Source: an uncultured delta proteobacterium
GTDB lineage: Bacteria > Myxococcota_A > UBA9160 > UBA4427
NCBI GenBank assembly: GCA_963822965.1
Contig: CAWGJT010000010.1
Location: forward strand, 704,001-768,000
Direction of reading: 5' to 3'
DNA length: 64,000 bases
Below, in pieces: positions 41,653 through 51,555 of this stretch. How positions within the stretch are numbered: the first letter of the stretch is position 1; every line of letters begins with the position of its first letter. A program made the position numbers and the translations under genes. The notes beneath the pieces were generated by a model that was given only the letters and a program-made list of their open reading frames with translations, did no database searches and was not told where the DNA came from.

Positions 41653-43239
41653 CGCCCGGACCTGCTCGCGCAGCGCGTACTTGAGCACCTTGCCCGTGGC
41701 GTTGGTGGGCAGCGCGTCGACGACGGCTCACCCGCCGCGGAACCTTGTAGTTGGCCATGTTCTCGCGGGCCCAGGCGATGACCTGCTCCTCGCTCAGCTT
41801 CCGTGCCCGGGGCCGGAACCACGAACGCCATGCCCACCTCGCCCTGGCGCTCGTCGGGAATGCCGATCACCGCCACCTGGGCGAAGAGCCCGCTGCCGAA
41901 GAGCAGGCTCTCGATCTCCGCCGGGTAGCAGTTGAAGCCGCCCAGGATGTACATGTCCTTGATGCGGTCCGTGATGCGCAGATAGCCGCGCTCGTCCATC
42001 ACGCCGACGTCCCCGGTGTGCAGCCAGCCGTCGGCGTCGATCGCCTTCGCGGTCTCCTCGGGATCGTCGAAGTAGCCCTGCATCACGTTGTAGCCGCGCA
42101 CCACCACCTCGCCGGGCTGGCCGCGCGGCACCTCCTTGCCGTCGGCGTCGACGCAGCGCACCTCGACGTCCGGGATCGCGCGACCCGCCGTGGTGGCGAT
42201 CGTCTCGGGGTCGTCGTCGGGCCGGCACAGGCTCACCACCCCGCAGCTCTCGGTCAGCCCGTAGGCGTTGATGATCGTCTCGAAGCCGAGCTCGTCCCGC
42301 ATGCGCCGGATCAGCTGGACGGGGGTGGGGGCCGCGCCGGTCGTGCACATGCGCAGGTTCGAGATGTCGTAGCGGTGCGAGATCCGGGTGCGCGAGCAGC
42401 GACTGGAAGAGGGTGGGCGGCCCCGGCAGCACGCTGACCCGGTCCGTCGCGATCGCGCTGCAGCACCGCGTCCACGTCGAAGACCGCGTGGGGCAGGATG
42501 GTGGCGCCCCGGATGAGGCAGGAGAGCCAGCCCGCCCTTGTAGCCGAAGGAGTGGAAGAAGGGGTTCACGACCAGGTAGCGATCGTCCTCGCGCAGGCCG
42601 ATCACGTCGCTGAACACCGAGAAGACGCGCAGGTTCTGGCCGTGGGTGCTCATCACGGCCTTCGGATGCGCCGGTGGTGCCCGAGGTGAAGATCAGGTCC
42701 GCCAGGTCGTCCGGCGAGACGGCGTCGATGCGGCTGCGCGCGGTCTCCCGGCGAGACCGCGCTTCCCGAGCGCCAGGAAGTCGGACCAGGCCTGCTCGCG
42801 GCGCCCCCGGTCGCGCGCCGCGCAGGCAGACGATGCGCTCGAGCTCCGGAAGCTCGTGGCCCGCCAGCGCGTCGACGTAGTCGACCCCCAGGAAGCCGTT
42901 CACCGTCAAGCAGCATGCGCGCGCCGCTCTTGCGCAGGGTGTAGGCGGCCTCGGTGCCCTTGAGCCGGGTGCTCAGCGGTGACGAGCACGCCGCCGGCCC
43001 CCTGCAGGCCGACGGCGGCGACGACCCATCGGCGATGTTGGGCGCCCAGATGCCGACCCGATCCCCCGGCGCGATGCCCGCGGCGAGGAAGGCGCGGGTC
43101 GCGTCGAGGCAGGCCTCCGCCAGCTCCGCGTACGAGAGCCGCAGGTCGCCGTCCTCGAGGGCCGGATGCGCGCCGAAGCGCGCGCGCGTCCTCCTGGACG
43201 AGCCCGGGAATGGTCTGCGCGGTCGGGGTCGGCTTGCAT
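41563..43239 (-). CDS. fadD3: FadD3-like acyl-CoA ligase (putative HIP-CoA ligase; frameshifted)
   Basis: FTSGTTG, VNPFFHSFGYK, AYGLTE, TGDVG, TDRIKDMYILGGFNCYPAEIE; divergent from a fadE30/ipdF-like pair as in mycobacteria. Confidence 0.75.
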
Positions 43240-43261
43240 ACGGATCGGATCGTATCGTAAT
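43238..43261. promoter_or_regulatory. Operator-like palindrome ATACG-N8-CGTAT overlapping the fadD3-like start
   Basis: ATACG-GATCGGAT-CGTAT-CGTAAT in the divergent promoter region. Confidence 0.6.
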
Positions 43262-43363
43262 GTCTGGCACGCCTCCAAGCGCTCGCACCCGAGCCAGCCC
43301 ACGAGAACCACCCCGAGCGCCGACGCAACAGCGATCGGAACCGCGATCGAAGGAGAGGGCCGG

Positions 43364-44554
43364 ATGGACGCGCGCTTCAGCGAAGAGGACGAGGCCTTCC
43401 GCCGCGAGATCGCCGGCTGGCTCGAGGAGCACCTGTCCGGCGAGTTCGAGGTCGGTGCGCGGCCGCGGCGGGACCCGGCGACGAGCACGCGCTCTTCGAG
43501 GAGCGCCACGCCTGGGAGCGCCGGCTCGGGCGAGCACGGCTGGATCGGCATCGGCTGGCCGAAGGCGGTGGGCGGTCGCGGACCTGAGCCTCTCCCAGCA
43601 GGTGATCTTCTACGAGGAGTACGCCCGGGCCGGCGGGCCCGGGCGGGTCGGCCACATCGGCGAGGGGCTGCTCGGCGCCCACGCTGATCCACTTCGGCAC
43701 GGCCGCTGCAGAAGGAGCGCTTCCTGCCGGGCATCCGCAGCGGGGACGAGATCTGGTGCCAGGGCTACTCGGAGCCGAACGCCGGCTCCGACCTCGCCAA
43801 CGTGCAGACCCGGGCGCGAGCTCGACGGCGACGAGTGGGTCGATCGCACGGGCAGAAGGTGTGGACCTCGGGTGCGGCGAACGCCGACTGGTGCTTCGTG
43901 CTGTGCCGCACGAACCCGGACGCGCCGAAGCACAAGGGACTCTCGTACCTGCTCGTCCCCATGCGCCAGCCGGGCGTCGAGGTGCGGCCGATCGTGCAGA
44001 TCACGGGCGACTCGGAGTTCAGCGAGGTGTTCTTCGACGGCGCGCGCACGGCCGCCGAGAACGTGGTGGGCGAGCCCGGCGCCGGCTGGAAGGTGGCGAT
44101 GGGAACCCTGGCCTTCGAGCGGGGCGCTTCGACCCTGGGCCAGCAGATGGCGTTCCAGAACGAGCTCGAGCAGGTGATCGCCGCGTCGCGAGGCGAACGG
44201 CCGGGCGCGAGACCCGCTGATCCGCCAGCGCATCGCCAAGGCCTGGATGGGGCTGCGCATCCAGCGCTACCACGCGCTGCGCACGCTCTCCCAGTCGACC
44301 GGCGGCGAGCTCTCCCGGGCCGGCATGATCGGCAAGATCTACTGGGCCAGCTGGCACCGCGATCTCGGCAAGCTGGCGATGGACGTGCTGGGGCCGCGCT
44401 CCGAGGTCGTGGAGGCCGCGCCCTACGAGCTGACGCGCCCTGCAGCGCATGTACCTCTTCACCCGCTCGGACACGATCTACGCCGGCTCGAACCAGATCC
44501 AGCGCAACATCATCGCCGAGCGCGCCCTCGGTCTGCCCCGCGAGCGCACGATGA
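43364..44554 (+). CDS. Acyl-CoA dehydrogenase, FadE30/IpdE1-like (frameshifted)
   Basis: IFYEEYARAGGPGRVGHIGEGLLG, WCQGYSEPNAGSDLA, YLFTRSDTIYAGSNQIQRNIIAERALGLPRE. Confidence 0.8.
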
Positions 44555-45341
44555 CGATCGCCCCGCCGCCGTACCCCGAAGGCCACGCAGCTGCTGGCCG
44601 GCAAGACGGTGCTCGTCACCGCGGCCGCCGGCAGCGGCATCGGGTTCGCCACCGCGAAGCGCTGCCTGGAAGAGGGCGCGCGCGTGATGATCAGCGACAT
44701 CCACGAGCGCCGGCTGGGCGAGGCGGCGACCGGCCTCGAGCAAGCTCGCGGGCGAAGGCCGATCCCGTCCCGCCTGTGCAACGTGACCCCGAGGAGGACG
44801 TGCGCGGGCTCGTCGCGGCTGCCGTCGCCGAGCTGGGGCGGATCGACGTCGCTGGTGAACAACGCCGGCCTCGGCGGCACCGCGAACGTGGTCGACATGA
44901 CCGACGAGCAGTGGGACGCCGTGCTCGGCGTCACCCTCACCGGCACCTTCCGCATGACCCGTGCCGTACTGCCCCACATGATCGAGCGGGGCAGCCGGCT
45001 GCATCGTCAACAACGCCTCGGTTCTCGGCTGGCGCGCCCAGCCGGGCCAGGCCCACTACGCCGCCGCCAAGGCGGGCGTGATGGCGCTGACCCGCTGCTC
45101 GGCGATGGAGGCCGCCGGCGCACGGCGTCCGCATCAACGCGGTCTCGCCCAGCCTGGCCACCCACGAGTTCCTCGCGCAAGGTGACGCAGCGAGGAGCTG
45201 CTCGAGGAGCTCGCGGCCCGGGAGGCCTTCGGTCGCGGCGCGGAGCCCTGGGAGGTCGCCAACGTGATCGTCTTCCTGGCGAGCGACTACGCGAGCTACA
45301 TGACGGGCGAGTGCGTGTCGGTCAGCAGCCAGCGCGCGTAG
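44551..45341 (+). CDS. ipdF: SDR oxidoreductase, IpdF (Rv3559c)-like (frameshifted)
   Basis: Diagnostic VTAAAGSGIG and ISDIHERRL, NNAGLGGT, YAAAK, C-terminal VSVSSQRA. Confidence 0.75.
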
Positions 45342-45402
45342 ACCGGGACGCGTCAGGCCGCGGATCGCGGCACGGACCGAGCAAGACGCAGCGATTCGGC
45401 GG

Positions 45403-45445
45403 GCATTGGGAGCTGCGCCCTGATCCGCATGACGGATCGGGCTAG
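45403..45445. repeat. 44-bp hairpin-containing repeat, copy 2 (inverted relative to copy 1)
   Basis: GCATTGGGAGCTGCGCCCTGATCCGCATGACGGATCGGGCTAG vs reverse complement of 4616-4659. Confidence 0.85.
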
Positions 45446-45474
45446 ACTGCGCGCGGGTTTGGGGGGAGGGATCG

Positions 45475-45864
45475 ATGACCGGCTTCCTGATACGCCTGGG
45501 CATCAACGTGCTCGGGCTCTGGCTCGCGAGTCGCATCGTCCCCGGCATGGAGATCCACGGGACCGGCACCTTCGTGGCCGCCGCCTTCCTGCTGGGGATC
45601 GTGAACGCCCTCGTGCGTCCCCTGGCCGTCGTGCTCACGCTCCCCGTGACCCTCGTGACCCTGGGCCTCTTCCTGCTCGTCGTCAACGCGGCGATGCTCG
45701 GGCTCGTCGCCTGGCTGCTCGAGGGCTTCCGGCTGAGCGGCTTCGGCGCCGCGCTGCTCGGCTCGATCGTGGTGGGCGTGACCGGCTGGGTCACGTCCCT
45801 GTACGTGGGACCCCGCGGCCGCTGGGAGATCCTGGTGGTGGAGCGCAGGAGCGGCCGCGAGTGA
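45475..45864 (+). CDS. YvlD-like 4-TM membrane protein (phage holin family 4-like)
   Basis: LGIVNALVRP, LTLPVTLVTLGLFLLVVNA, GFGAALLGS; GGAGG RBS. Confidence 0.85.
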   Translation: MTGFLIRLGINVLGLWLASRIVPGMEIHGTGTFVAAAFLLGIVNALVRPLAVVLTLPVTLVTLGLFLLVVNAAMLGLVAWLLEGFRLSGFGAALLGSIVVGVTGWVTSLYVGPRGRWEILVVERRSGRE

Positions 45865-47090
45865 GCCCGAAGCTCGCGCGCGTGCTGCTGCTGGTGGTCT
45901 CCCTCGTGGTCTCGATCACGGCCATGGAATGGGTGCTGCGGCTCGCGCGCTACGGCTCGCTGGACGCCCTGTCGGGCGAGCACGTCCTGCGCGGTCCGCA
46001 TCCCACCCGCGGCTGGACGCTGATCCCGGGCCAGGAGGCGTACCAGCGCAGCCGGGACTACGCGGTGCTGGTGAAGATCAACGAGAAGGGGCTGCGCGAT
46101 CGCCCCCACGAGTACGAGCCCGCGCCGGGCGTCTTCCGAATCGTCGTGCTGGGCGACTCCTTCATGGAGGCGTACCAGGTGCCGCTGGAGGAGTCGCTGC
46201 CCTTCCGGCTCCAGGAGGAGCTCCAGGACCGCCACGTCGAGAGCGTGAACCTCGGCATCGGTGGATACGGCACCGCCCAGGAGGTGCTGTACCTGGAGGA
46301 GGAGGGGCTGCGCTACCGGCCCGACCTGGTGCTACTGGCGTTCTTCACGGGCAACGACATCCAGAACAACTCGGAGCCCCTGCAGGCCGAGCTCTTCGGC
46401 GCGGACGACGTCAAGGCGTACGCGCGGCCGTACGCGCACGCGACCAGCCTGACGGGACCGCTCGAGTGGACGCCCCCGGACTATGCGCGCATGCTGCGCG
46501 AAGCGGAGGCGAAGCAGCGCGAGCGCGCCTCGCCGATCCATCGCGCGTTCCGCTTCGTGCAGCCCGTGGTCCTCGCGAACCTCGTGGGGCAGGCCTGGGC
46601 CCGGACGGCGGCGCGGCTGGGCGCTCCGCCCGCTCCGCCCGCCGCCCACTTCGGCTGGCCCTTTCTCGAGGGCTACCAGAGCGAGATCTGGGACGAGGCC
46701 TGGCTCGACACCCGGCGACTGATGCTCGAGGGGCAGCGCGTGGCCCGGGACGCGGGGGCTGCCTACGTGATCGCCGTCGTGCCGGCGAAGGTGCAGGTGG
46801 ACCCGGCGTTCCGGGAGCTGGCCAAGGCCCAGTACCAGGGCGTGAAGTTCGACGAGACCCGGGTGAACCGGGCGCTGCGGAAGTTCTGCGCCGAGCACGA
46901 CATTCCGCTCTTCGATCCGACCGCCACGTTCGCCCGACACATCGCCGCGGGCGAGCCGCTCTACTACCACCTCGAGGACCACCACTGGAACGCCGCCGGC
47001 CATGCGCTGGCCACCGAAGAGCTGATCCGATTCCTCGACGGGGAGGGCCTGCTGCCGCGGCCGCCGCCTGCCGGCGCCTCAGGCCCCTGA
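45861..47090 (+). CDS. Membrane-anchored SGNH/GDSL hydrolase-family protein
   Basis: N-terminal TM; VVLGDSF, NLGIGGYGTAQE, FTGNDI, DHHWNAAGH; GTGA overlap. Confidence 0.85.
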   Translation: MSPKLARVLLLVVSLVVSITAMEWVLRLARYGSLDALSGEHVLRGPHPTRGWTLIPGQEAYQRSRDYAVLVKINEKGLRDRPHEYEPAPGVFRIVVLGDSFMEAYQVPLEESLPFRLQEELQDRHVESVNLGIGGYGTAQEVLYLEEEGLRYRPDLVLLAFFTGNDIQNNSEPLQAELFGADDVKAYARPYAHATSLTGPLEWTPPDYARMLREAEAKQRERASPIHRAFRFVQPVVLANLVGQAWARTAARLGAPPAPPAAHFGWPFLEGYQSEIWDEAWLDTRRLMLEGQRVARDAGAAYVIAVVPAKVQVDPAFRELAKAQYQGVKFDETRVNRALRKFCAEHDIPLFDPTATFARHIAAGEPLYYHLEDHHWNAAGHALATEELIRFLDGEGLLPRPPPAGASGP

Positions 47091-47990
47091 GCCCTCGGCC
47101 GGCGACGCCTGCCAGGGGAGCGACGGCGTCAGCTCCTTGCCCATCCACCATACGAGCGCCGGATCCGCGAGCCAGCGCTGCTCCAGGATGCGGGCGTACT
47201 GACGGACGATCGCGTCGACCCGTTCCGCACGGGACTCCTGGGGATCGCCGCTCGACAGCGGCGGGAGGAACTCGATGGTCACGCGGCCGCCGGGGCCGGG
47301 CGCCGCGAACACCGGCACCATCGGCGCCCCCGTGACCAGCGCGAGGGTGGCGAAGCCCTGGGGAAAGCCCGCCTGGGCGGCGAGGAAGGGAGCACGGATG
47401 CGCTCGCCGTAGGGGCCGTCGCCGCTGATCAGCACGTTCCCGCCGCGCTTCAGCCGCTCTCGCGCCATCAGCAGGGGTCGCACGGAATCGCTTCCCGTCA
47501 GGGGGATGAGGTCGAGGTTCTTCACCAGCCCGTCCCGGGCCTGCTGGCGGAACTTCAGGACCGCCGCGTTCCGGAGTCCCAGGCGGTTGAGGGCGACGGA
47601 GATGCTGTGGGCGGCGCCGTAGTGGGAGTGCACCAGGATCACGCCGCGGCCTCCGGTCTCGGCCTTCTCGAAGTGCTCCCGGCCCACGAGCGAGACGCAT
47701 CGGCGGACGGTCGACTCGCGGCACGTGTCGAGGGCGTTGAGCCGCCAGCTCTGGGCGACGCGGCACGCGAAGAAGCGCTTCCAAGCCCGGGTGTCCGGCT
47801 TCTCACCGCCGGCGACGAAGGGATGGGAAGGCAGCTTCCGCGCCACGGTCTCGATCAGCCGCCTCCGCACGCGGGGGATCGACCAGCTGGCCTCGAGGCC
47901 CCGGCACAGGAGCCGGTAGGGCGGGATCGCCCGCAGCCCGAAGCGGCGCACGGAGGCGTCGATCCTTCTCACGCGGCCGAGTGTCTTCAT
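47079..47990 (-). CDS. LpxL-like lysophospholipid acyltransferase
   Basis: GREHFEKA, GRGVILVHSHYG, ISGDG, PFL...FPQGFATLALVTGAPMVPVF, YARILE. Confidence 0.75.
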   Translation of the reverse strand: MKTLGRVRRIDASVRRFGLRAIPPYRLLCRGLEASWSIPRVRRRLIETVARKLPSHPFVAGGEKPDTRAWKRFFACRVAQSWRLNALDTCRESTVRRCVSLVGREHFEKAETGGRGVILVHSHYGAAHSISVALNRLGLRNAAVLKFRQQARDGLVKNLDLIPLTGSDSVRPLLMARERLKRGGNVLISGDGPYGERIRAPFLAAQAGFPQGFATLALVTGAPMVPVFAAPGPGGRVTIEFLPPLSSGDPQESRAERVDAIVRQYARILEQRWLADPALVWWMGKELTPSLPWQASPAEGSGA

Positions 47991-48006
47991 CGGTCGTCCA
48001 TGGACC

Positions 48007-48264
48007 TCACGAGATTCGCGTCTGCACGTAGCGGGCGAGCGCGCGGATGCTCTGGAAGTCGTCCTCGCTGGTGCCGGCGATGTCGAAGTCGACCCCGAAG
48101 GTCTCCTCGATCCCCACGACCACGTCGAGGATCGCGGCGCTGTCCAGCCCCAGGTCGTCCATCAGGTGCGAGTCTGCAGACAGCTCCGAAGGATCCATCT
48201 GCAGCTCGAGACGTTCCGTCACGATCTTCGTGATCTCGGCGACCAGCTGTTCGAGCGATGCCAT
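48007..48264 (-). CDS. Acyl carrier protein
   Basis: 85 aa, acidic, DDLGLDS phosphopantetheine site, IEETFGV. Confidence 0.9.
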   Translation of the reverse strand: MASLEQLVAEITKIVTERLELQMDPSELSADSHLMDDLGLDSAAILDVVVGIEETFGVDFDIAGTSEDDFQSIRALARYVQTRIS

Positions 48265-48274
48265 GCGGGCGCCC

Positions 48275-49558
48275 TCAGAGGGGGATGTCGCTCAGGGCGG
48301 ACTGCATCACGTGCCCCGGCGACGCTTCGATGCGACGAATGTCCTGTCGCAGGCGCTCCAGGACGGTGATCTCGTCCGCTTCATAGACGTTTCCCTGCAG
48401 CAGACGCACCAGCTCGTCCCGGTAGTGGGGCTTGCGCAGGTAGTAGGTGAACAGGCCCTGGAGCTTGTAGTAGATCTTGATGAAGTCGTACCAGATCCGG
48501 ATGCCGGAGCGCATGCGCGCCGTGTAGGAGGCCAGGGCCTCGCTCTCGGACTTCTGGCCGGAGAGCGCGGCCACGAGCTCCTCCGTGGCGAACTTGGCGC
48601 TGTAGATCGCCACCGACACGCCGGACGAGAAGATGGGATCCACGAAGCGGGCGGCGTCTCCCACGAGCAGGTAGCCCGGACCCGCGAGCTCGCGCATGGA
48701 GTAGGAGTAGTTCCCCTCGGTGCGGAGCTCGGAGATCCGCGTGGCGGCCTCGAGCCGATGTGCGAGCTCGGGGTTTGTGGCCAGGTGGCGCGCGTAGTGG
48801 GCCTCCACGTCGCGCCCGCCCCGGCGGAGCTCGGCGCGCTCCGTCACGACCCCGATCGAGGTGGTCTCGTCGTCGATCGGGATCTGCCAGACCCAGCCGC
48901 GCTCGCAGGGCAGGAAGTGGATGTGGATGTAGCCCGCGGTCTCGTCGGCGCCGCGCTCGACGTTCTTCCAGTACCCGTAGACCGCGTACTGGTCGAAGAG
49001 CGGATCGGTCACCTTCAGGTGGAACTTCGAGCCCAGGAAGGTGCTCCGGCCCGTCGCGTCGATCACGTAGCGCGCCTTCACGGTGCGGGTGCGGCCGTTC
49101 TGCTGGACGCGCACGCCGGTGACCCGTCCGTCCTCCTGCAGGACGGCGGTCGCCAGCGCGTCCTGCTCGACCCGGGAGCCGAGGGACGCGGCGTGGTCGA
49201 GGAGCATCTCGTCGAAGCGGGCACGGTCCACGTGGAAGGTGTAGTCGAGACCGCCGAAGGCCTTGTCGGGGATCACCCGGATCGACTGGGCGCCGGTGCC
49301 GGACTTGGGAACCCAGACCGCGCCCTGCTTCTTCGGAAAGCCCGCCGCATCGAGCTTCGGGAGGAACCCGATCTCGTGGAACACGCGGTTGGTGGCCCCC
49401 ACGAGCGATTCGCCCACGTGGTGCCTCGGAAACCGGGCCCGCTCGAAGACGATGTGGTCCACCCCCGCGCGGGCCAGGTACGCGGCGGCGGTTGCGCCGG
49501 CAGGGCCGCCGCCGAGCACGGCGACGGTCGTCTCTTCCTCGCGGTTCCGGGGGCTCAG
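48275..49558 (-). CDS. Flavin-dependent halogenase-family protein (probable CTG start at 49558)
   Basis: GGGPAG, FPRHHVGES, GFPKKQG, GWVWQIP, GDAARFVDPIFSSGV. Confidence 0.8.
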   Translation of the reverse strand: MSPRNREEETTVAVLGGGPAGATAAAYLARAGVDHIVFERARFPRHHVGESLVGATNRVFHEIGFLPKLDAAGFPKKQGAVWVPKSGTGAQSIRVIPDKAFGGLDYTFHVDRARFDEMLLDHAASLGSRVEQDALATAVLQEDGRVTGVRVQQNGRTRTVKARYVIDATGRSTFLGSKFHLKVTDPLFDQYAVYGYWKNVERGADETAGYIHIHFLPCERGWVWQIPIDDETTSIGVVTERAELRRGGRDVEAHYARHLATNPELAHRLEAATRISELRTEGNYSYSMRELAGPGYLLVGDAARFVDPIFSSGVSVAIYSAKFATEELVAALSGQKSESEALASYTARMRSGIRIWYDFIKIYYKLQGLFTYYLRKPHYRDELVRLLQGNVYEADEITVLERLRQDIRRIEASPGHVMQSALSDIPL

Positions 49559-50037
49559 GGTGTGCTCCTCTCTCGTTCTCGTTCTCGCTTGCGTTCGGGG
49601 TAGAGCTCCGACGGGAACTCCTCGTGGATATGATAGGCGAAGCCCTCGCCCTCGAGTCGATAGGTGCGCATGAAGACCTCGCCGCGCTCGCCGGCCGACT
49701 CGAGCAGGAAGAAGGTATCGCGCCGCAGGAGCTGGGCGATGCGTCCCAGGCCGATCCGCTGCTCGGTCACCATCTTGAGGACGTCGTCGTCGGAGACGAC
49801 GACCCGGCTCCGGGCCCGGCAGACGACGGTACCGCGCTCGCGCAGGACCAGGCTCACCTGGCGGTCGAAGACCGGGCCATCCTGGCTCTGGGCGACCATC
49901 GCGACGTCGACGGGCTCCCCGAAGTACGCCGCCAGGGTTCCCTGCAGGGTGCCGGGAGTCGCCAGCAGGACCCGGCGCATGGGATCGAAGTCGCGCAGCA
50001 GGCGGAGCATCTCTTCGAGGGCGAGCACCTCCGTCAT
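49555..50037 (-). CDS. Chorismate pyruvate-lyase-like protein (DUF98/Rv2949c-like)
   Basis: RVLLATPGTL...EPVDV, RQVSL, ARSRV, IGLGRI, RTYRL, IHEEFP follows the UbiC/DUF98 pattern; ATGA overlap. Confidence 0.65.
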   Translation of the reverse strand: MTEVLALEEMLRLLRDFDPMRRVLLATPGTLQGTLAAYFGEPVDVAMVAQSQDGPVFDRQVSLVLRERGTVVCRARSRVVVSDDDVLKMVTEQRIGLGRIAQLLRRDTFFLLESAGERGEVFMRTYRLEGEGFAYHIHEEFPSELYPERKRERERERSTP

Positions 50038-51536
50038 GCCTCGTTCTCCTGGAAGCGGTCGACGAGCTGGGAGCGCCGGATCTTGCCCGCCGCCGAGCGC
50101 GGGATCCGAGGTCGCAGCTCGACGATTCGGGGCACCTTGTGCTCGGCCATCTGCTCCCGGCACAGGGCCACGATCTGCCGGCGCAGCAGACGTGGGTCGG
50201 GTGGTGCGGCGTCCCCGACGGCGGCCACGAGCTTCACCAGCTCGTGGCCGGTGCGCGAGGGAACCCCCAGCGCGACCGCCTCGAGAACGGCGTCGTGGCT
50301 CGCCGCGCAGCGCTCCACCTCCGTCGGATCCACCTTTCCGGCCGGCGTGTCGATGAAGAGCTTGATGCGCCCGCGCAGGAAGAGCAGCCCGTCGGCCCGA
50401 AGCTCGCCGACGTCACCGGTGCGGAACCAGCCGTCTACGAAGGTGCGCCGGTTGACCTCGTCGAGACCCGCGTAGCCCACGCCGGCGGCCGGGCTCCGCA
50501 GTGCGATCTGTCCCACCACGCCTGCGGGTGCGGGACGACCCGCTTCGTCGAGGATCGCGATCTCGACCCCCCGGATCGGTCGCCCGACGCTCCCCCGGCT
50601 GTCCGGGTCCTCGGGCCTGAAGTTGGCGCTGACCGAGCCCGCCTCCGTGCAGCCGTAGAGCTGCCCCACGGCGAGGCCGAAGCGCTCCCGGAACGCGTCG
50701 AAGGTGTCCTCTGCCAGGGGCGATCCCGCCGTGAAGCAGAGCCGCAGGGACGACAGATCGGCCTGTCCGGGCGCGCTCGCCAGCGCCTGCAGATGGAACG
50801 GCACCGCCGGCATCACGCTCACGCGCTCGCGCGCGATCGTGTCGAGCACCTCCCGTCGCTCGAAGCGGTCGAGCAGCACGAGCCGCGCGCCCGATCGGAT
50901 GGCGGCGAGCAGGGCGTTGCCCAGGCCGTGGGCGTGGTACAGGGGGGCCAGGCCGAGGATGACGTCGTCCTCGGCGATGCCGGCGGTTGCGGTGAAGTTG
51001 TCGGCCTCCTTCACCAGGTTGCCCTGGGTCCGGGCGATGCGCTTCGGAACGCCCGTCGTGCCCGACGAGAAGCCGTAGAGGGCCGGTGCGGAGGCGGCCA
51101 CCGGCTCCCGCGGCGCGGCCGCGACGGAGACCGGCGGGAGCTTGGCCTCCGGGTCGCTCACGAAGACCGTTGCCGGGCGGGTTCGCGCGGCGGCCAGCTC
51201 GGTGCAGACCCCGGCGAGCGAAGGGGTGCAGAAGAAGGCCGCCGCGTCGCATCCGGCCAGGCAGACCTCCAGCTCCCGCCGGCGCGACTGGGGGGGCAGG
51301 GGAATCGCGACCGCCCCGAGGGAGGCGGCTGCCAGGAAGGTGACCACGAAGTCCGGATGATTGGGCAGCACGAGGGCCACGCCGTCGCCCGGCCGGACCC
51401 CGCTTCGGGACAGCTCGTCTGCCCGCGCGCGCACGGCGCCGACGAGGTCGCCTCGCGTGATGGATCGTCCGCGCCAGCGGAGCGCGACGCGATCCGGCTC
51501 TCGTTCTGCGGTTCTCTCGAGCAGCTGGGTCAACAC
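50034..51536 (-). CDS. Adenylate-forming enzyme (acyl/aryl-AMP ligase)
   Basis: FSSGTTGVPK, PLYHAHG, YGCTEAG, FRTGDVG, RSAAGKI. Confidence 0.9.
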   Translation of the reverse strand: MLTQLLERTAEREPDRVALRWRGRSITRGDLVGAVRARADELSRSGVRPGDGVALVLPNHPDFVVTFLAAASLGAVAIPLPPQSRRRELEVCLAGCDAAAFFCTPSLAGVCTELAAARTRPATVFVSDPEAKLPPVSVAAAPREPVAASAPALYGFSSGTTGVPKRIARTQGNLVKEADNFTATAGIAEDDVILGLAPLYHAHGLGNALLAAIRSGARLVLLDRFERREVLDTIARERVSVMPAVPFHLQALASAPGQADLSSLRLCFTAGSPLAEDTFDAFRERFGLAVGQLYGCTEAGSVSANFRPEDPDSRGSVGRPIRGVEIAILDEAGRPAPAGVVGQIALRSPAAGVGYAGLDEVNRRTFVDGWFRTGDVGELRADGLLFLRGRIKLFIDTPAGKVDPTEVERCAASHDAVLEAVALGVPSRTGHELVKLVAAVGDAAPPDPRLLRRQIVALCREQMAEHKVPRIVELRPRIPRSAAGKIRRSQLVDRFQENEA

Positions 51537-51555
51537 CTTGCAACGTGCCTCGGGG

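Noticed and set aside
44449..45081. ACAD-SDR fusion
   Set aside because: An ATGA sits at 44551-44554 in a frameshift-rich region; two coupled genes with an indel error is the simpler reading.
45475..45864. Holin-family gene as a prophage marker
   Set aside because: YvlD-like proteins are common chromosomal membrane proteins; no endolysin, integrase or structural phage genes are nearby.
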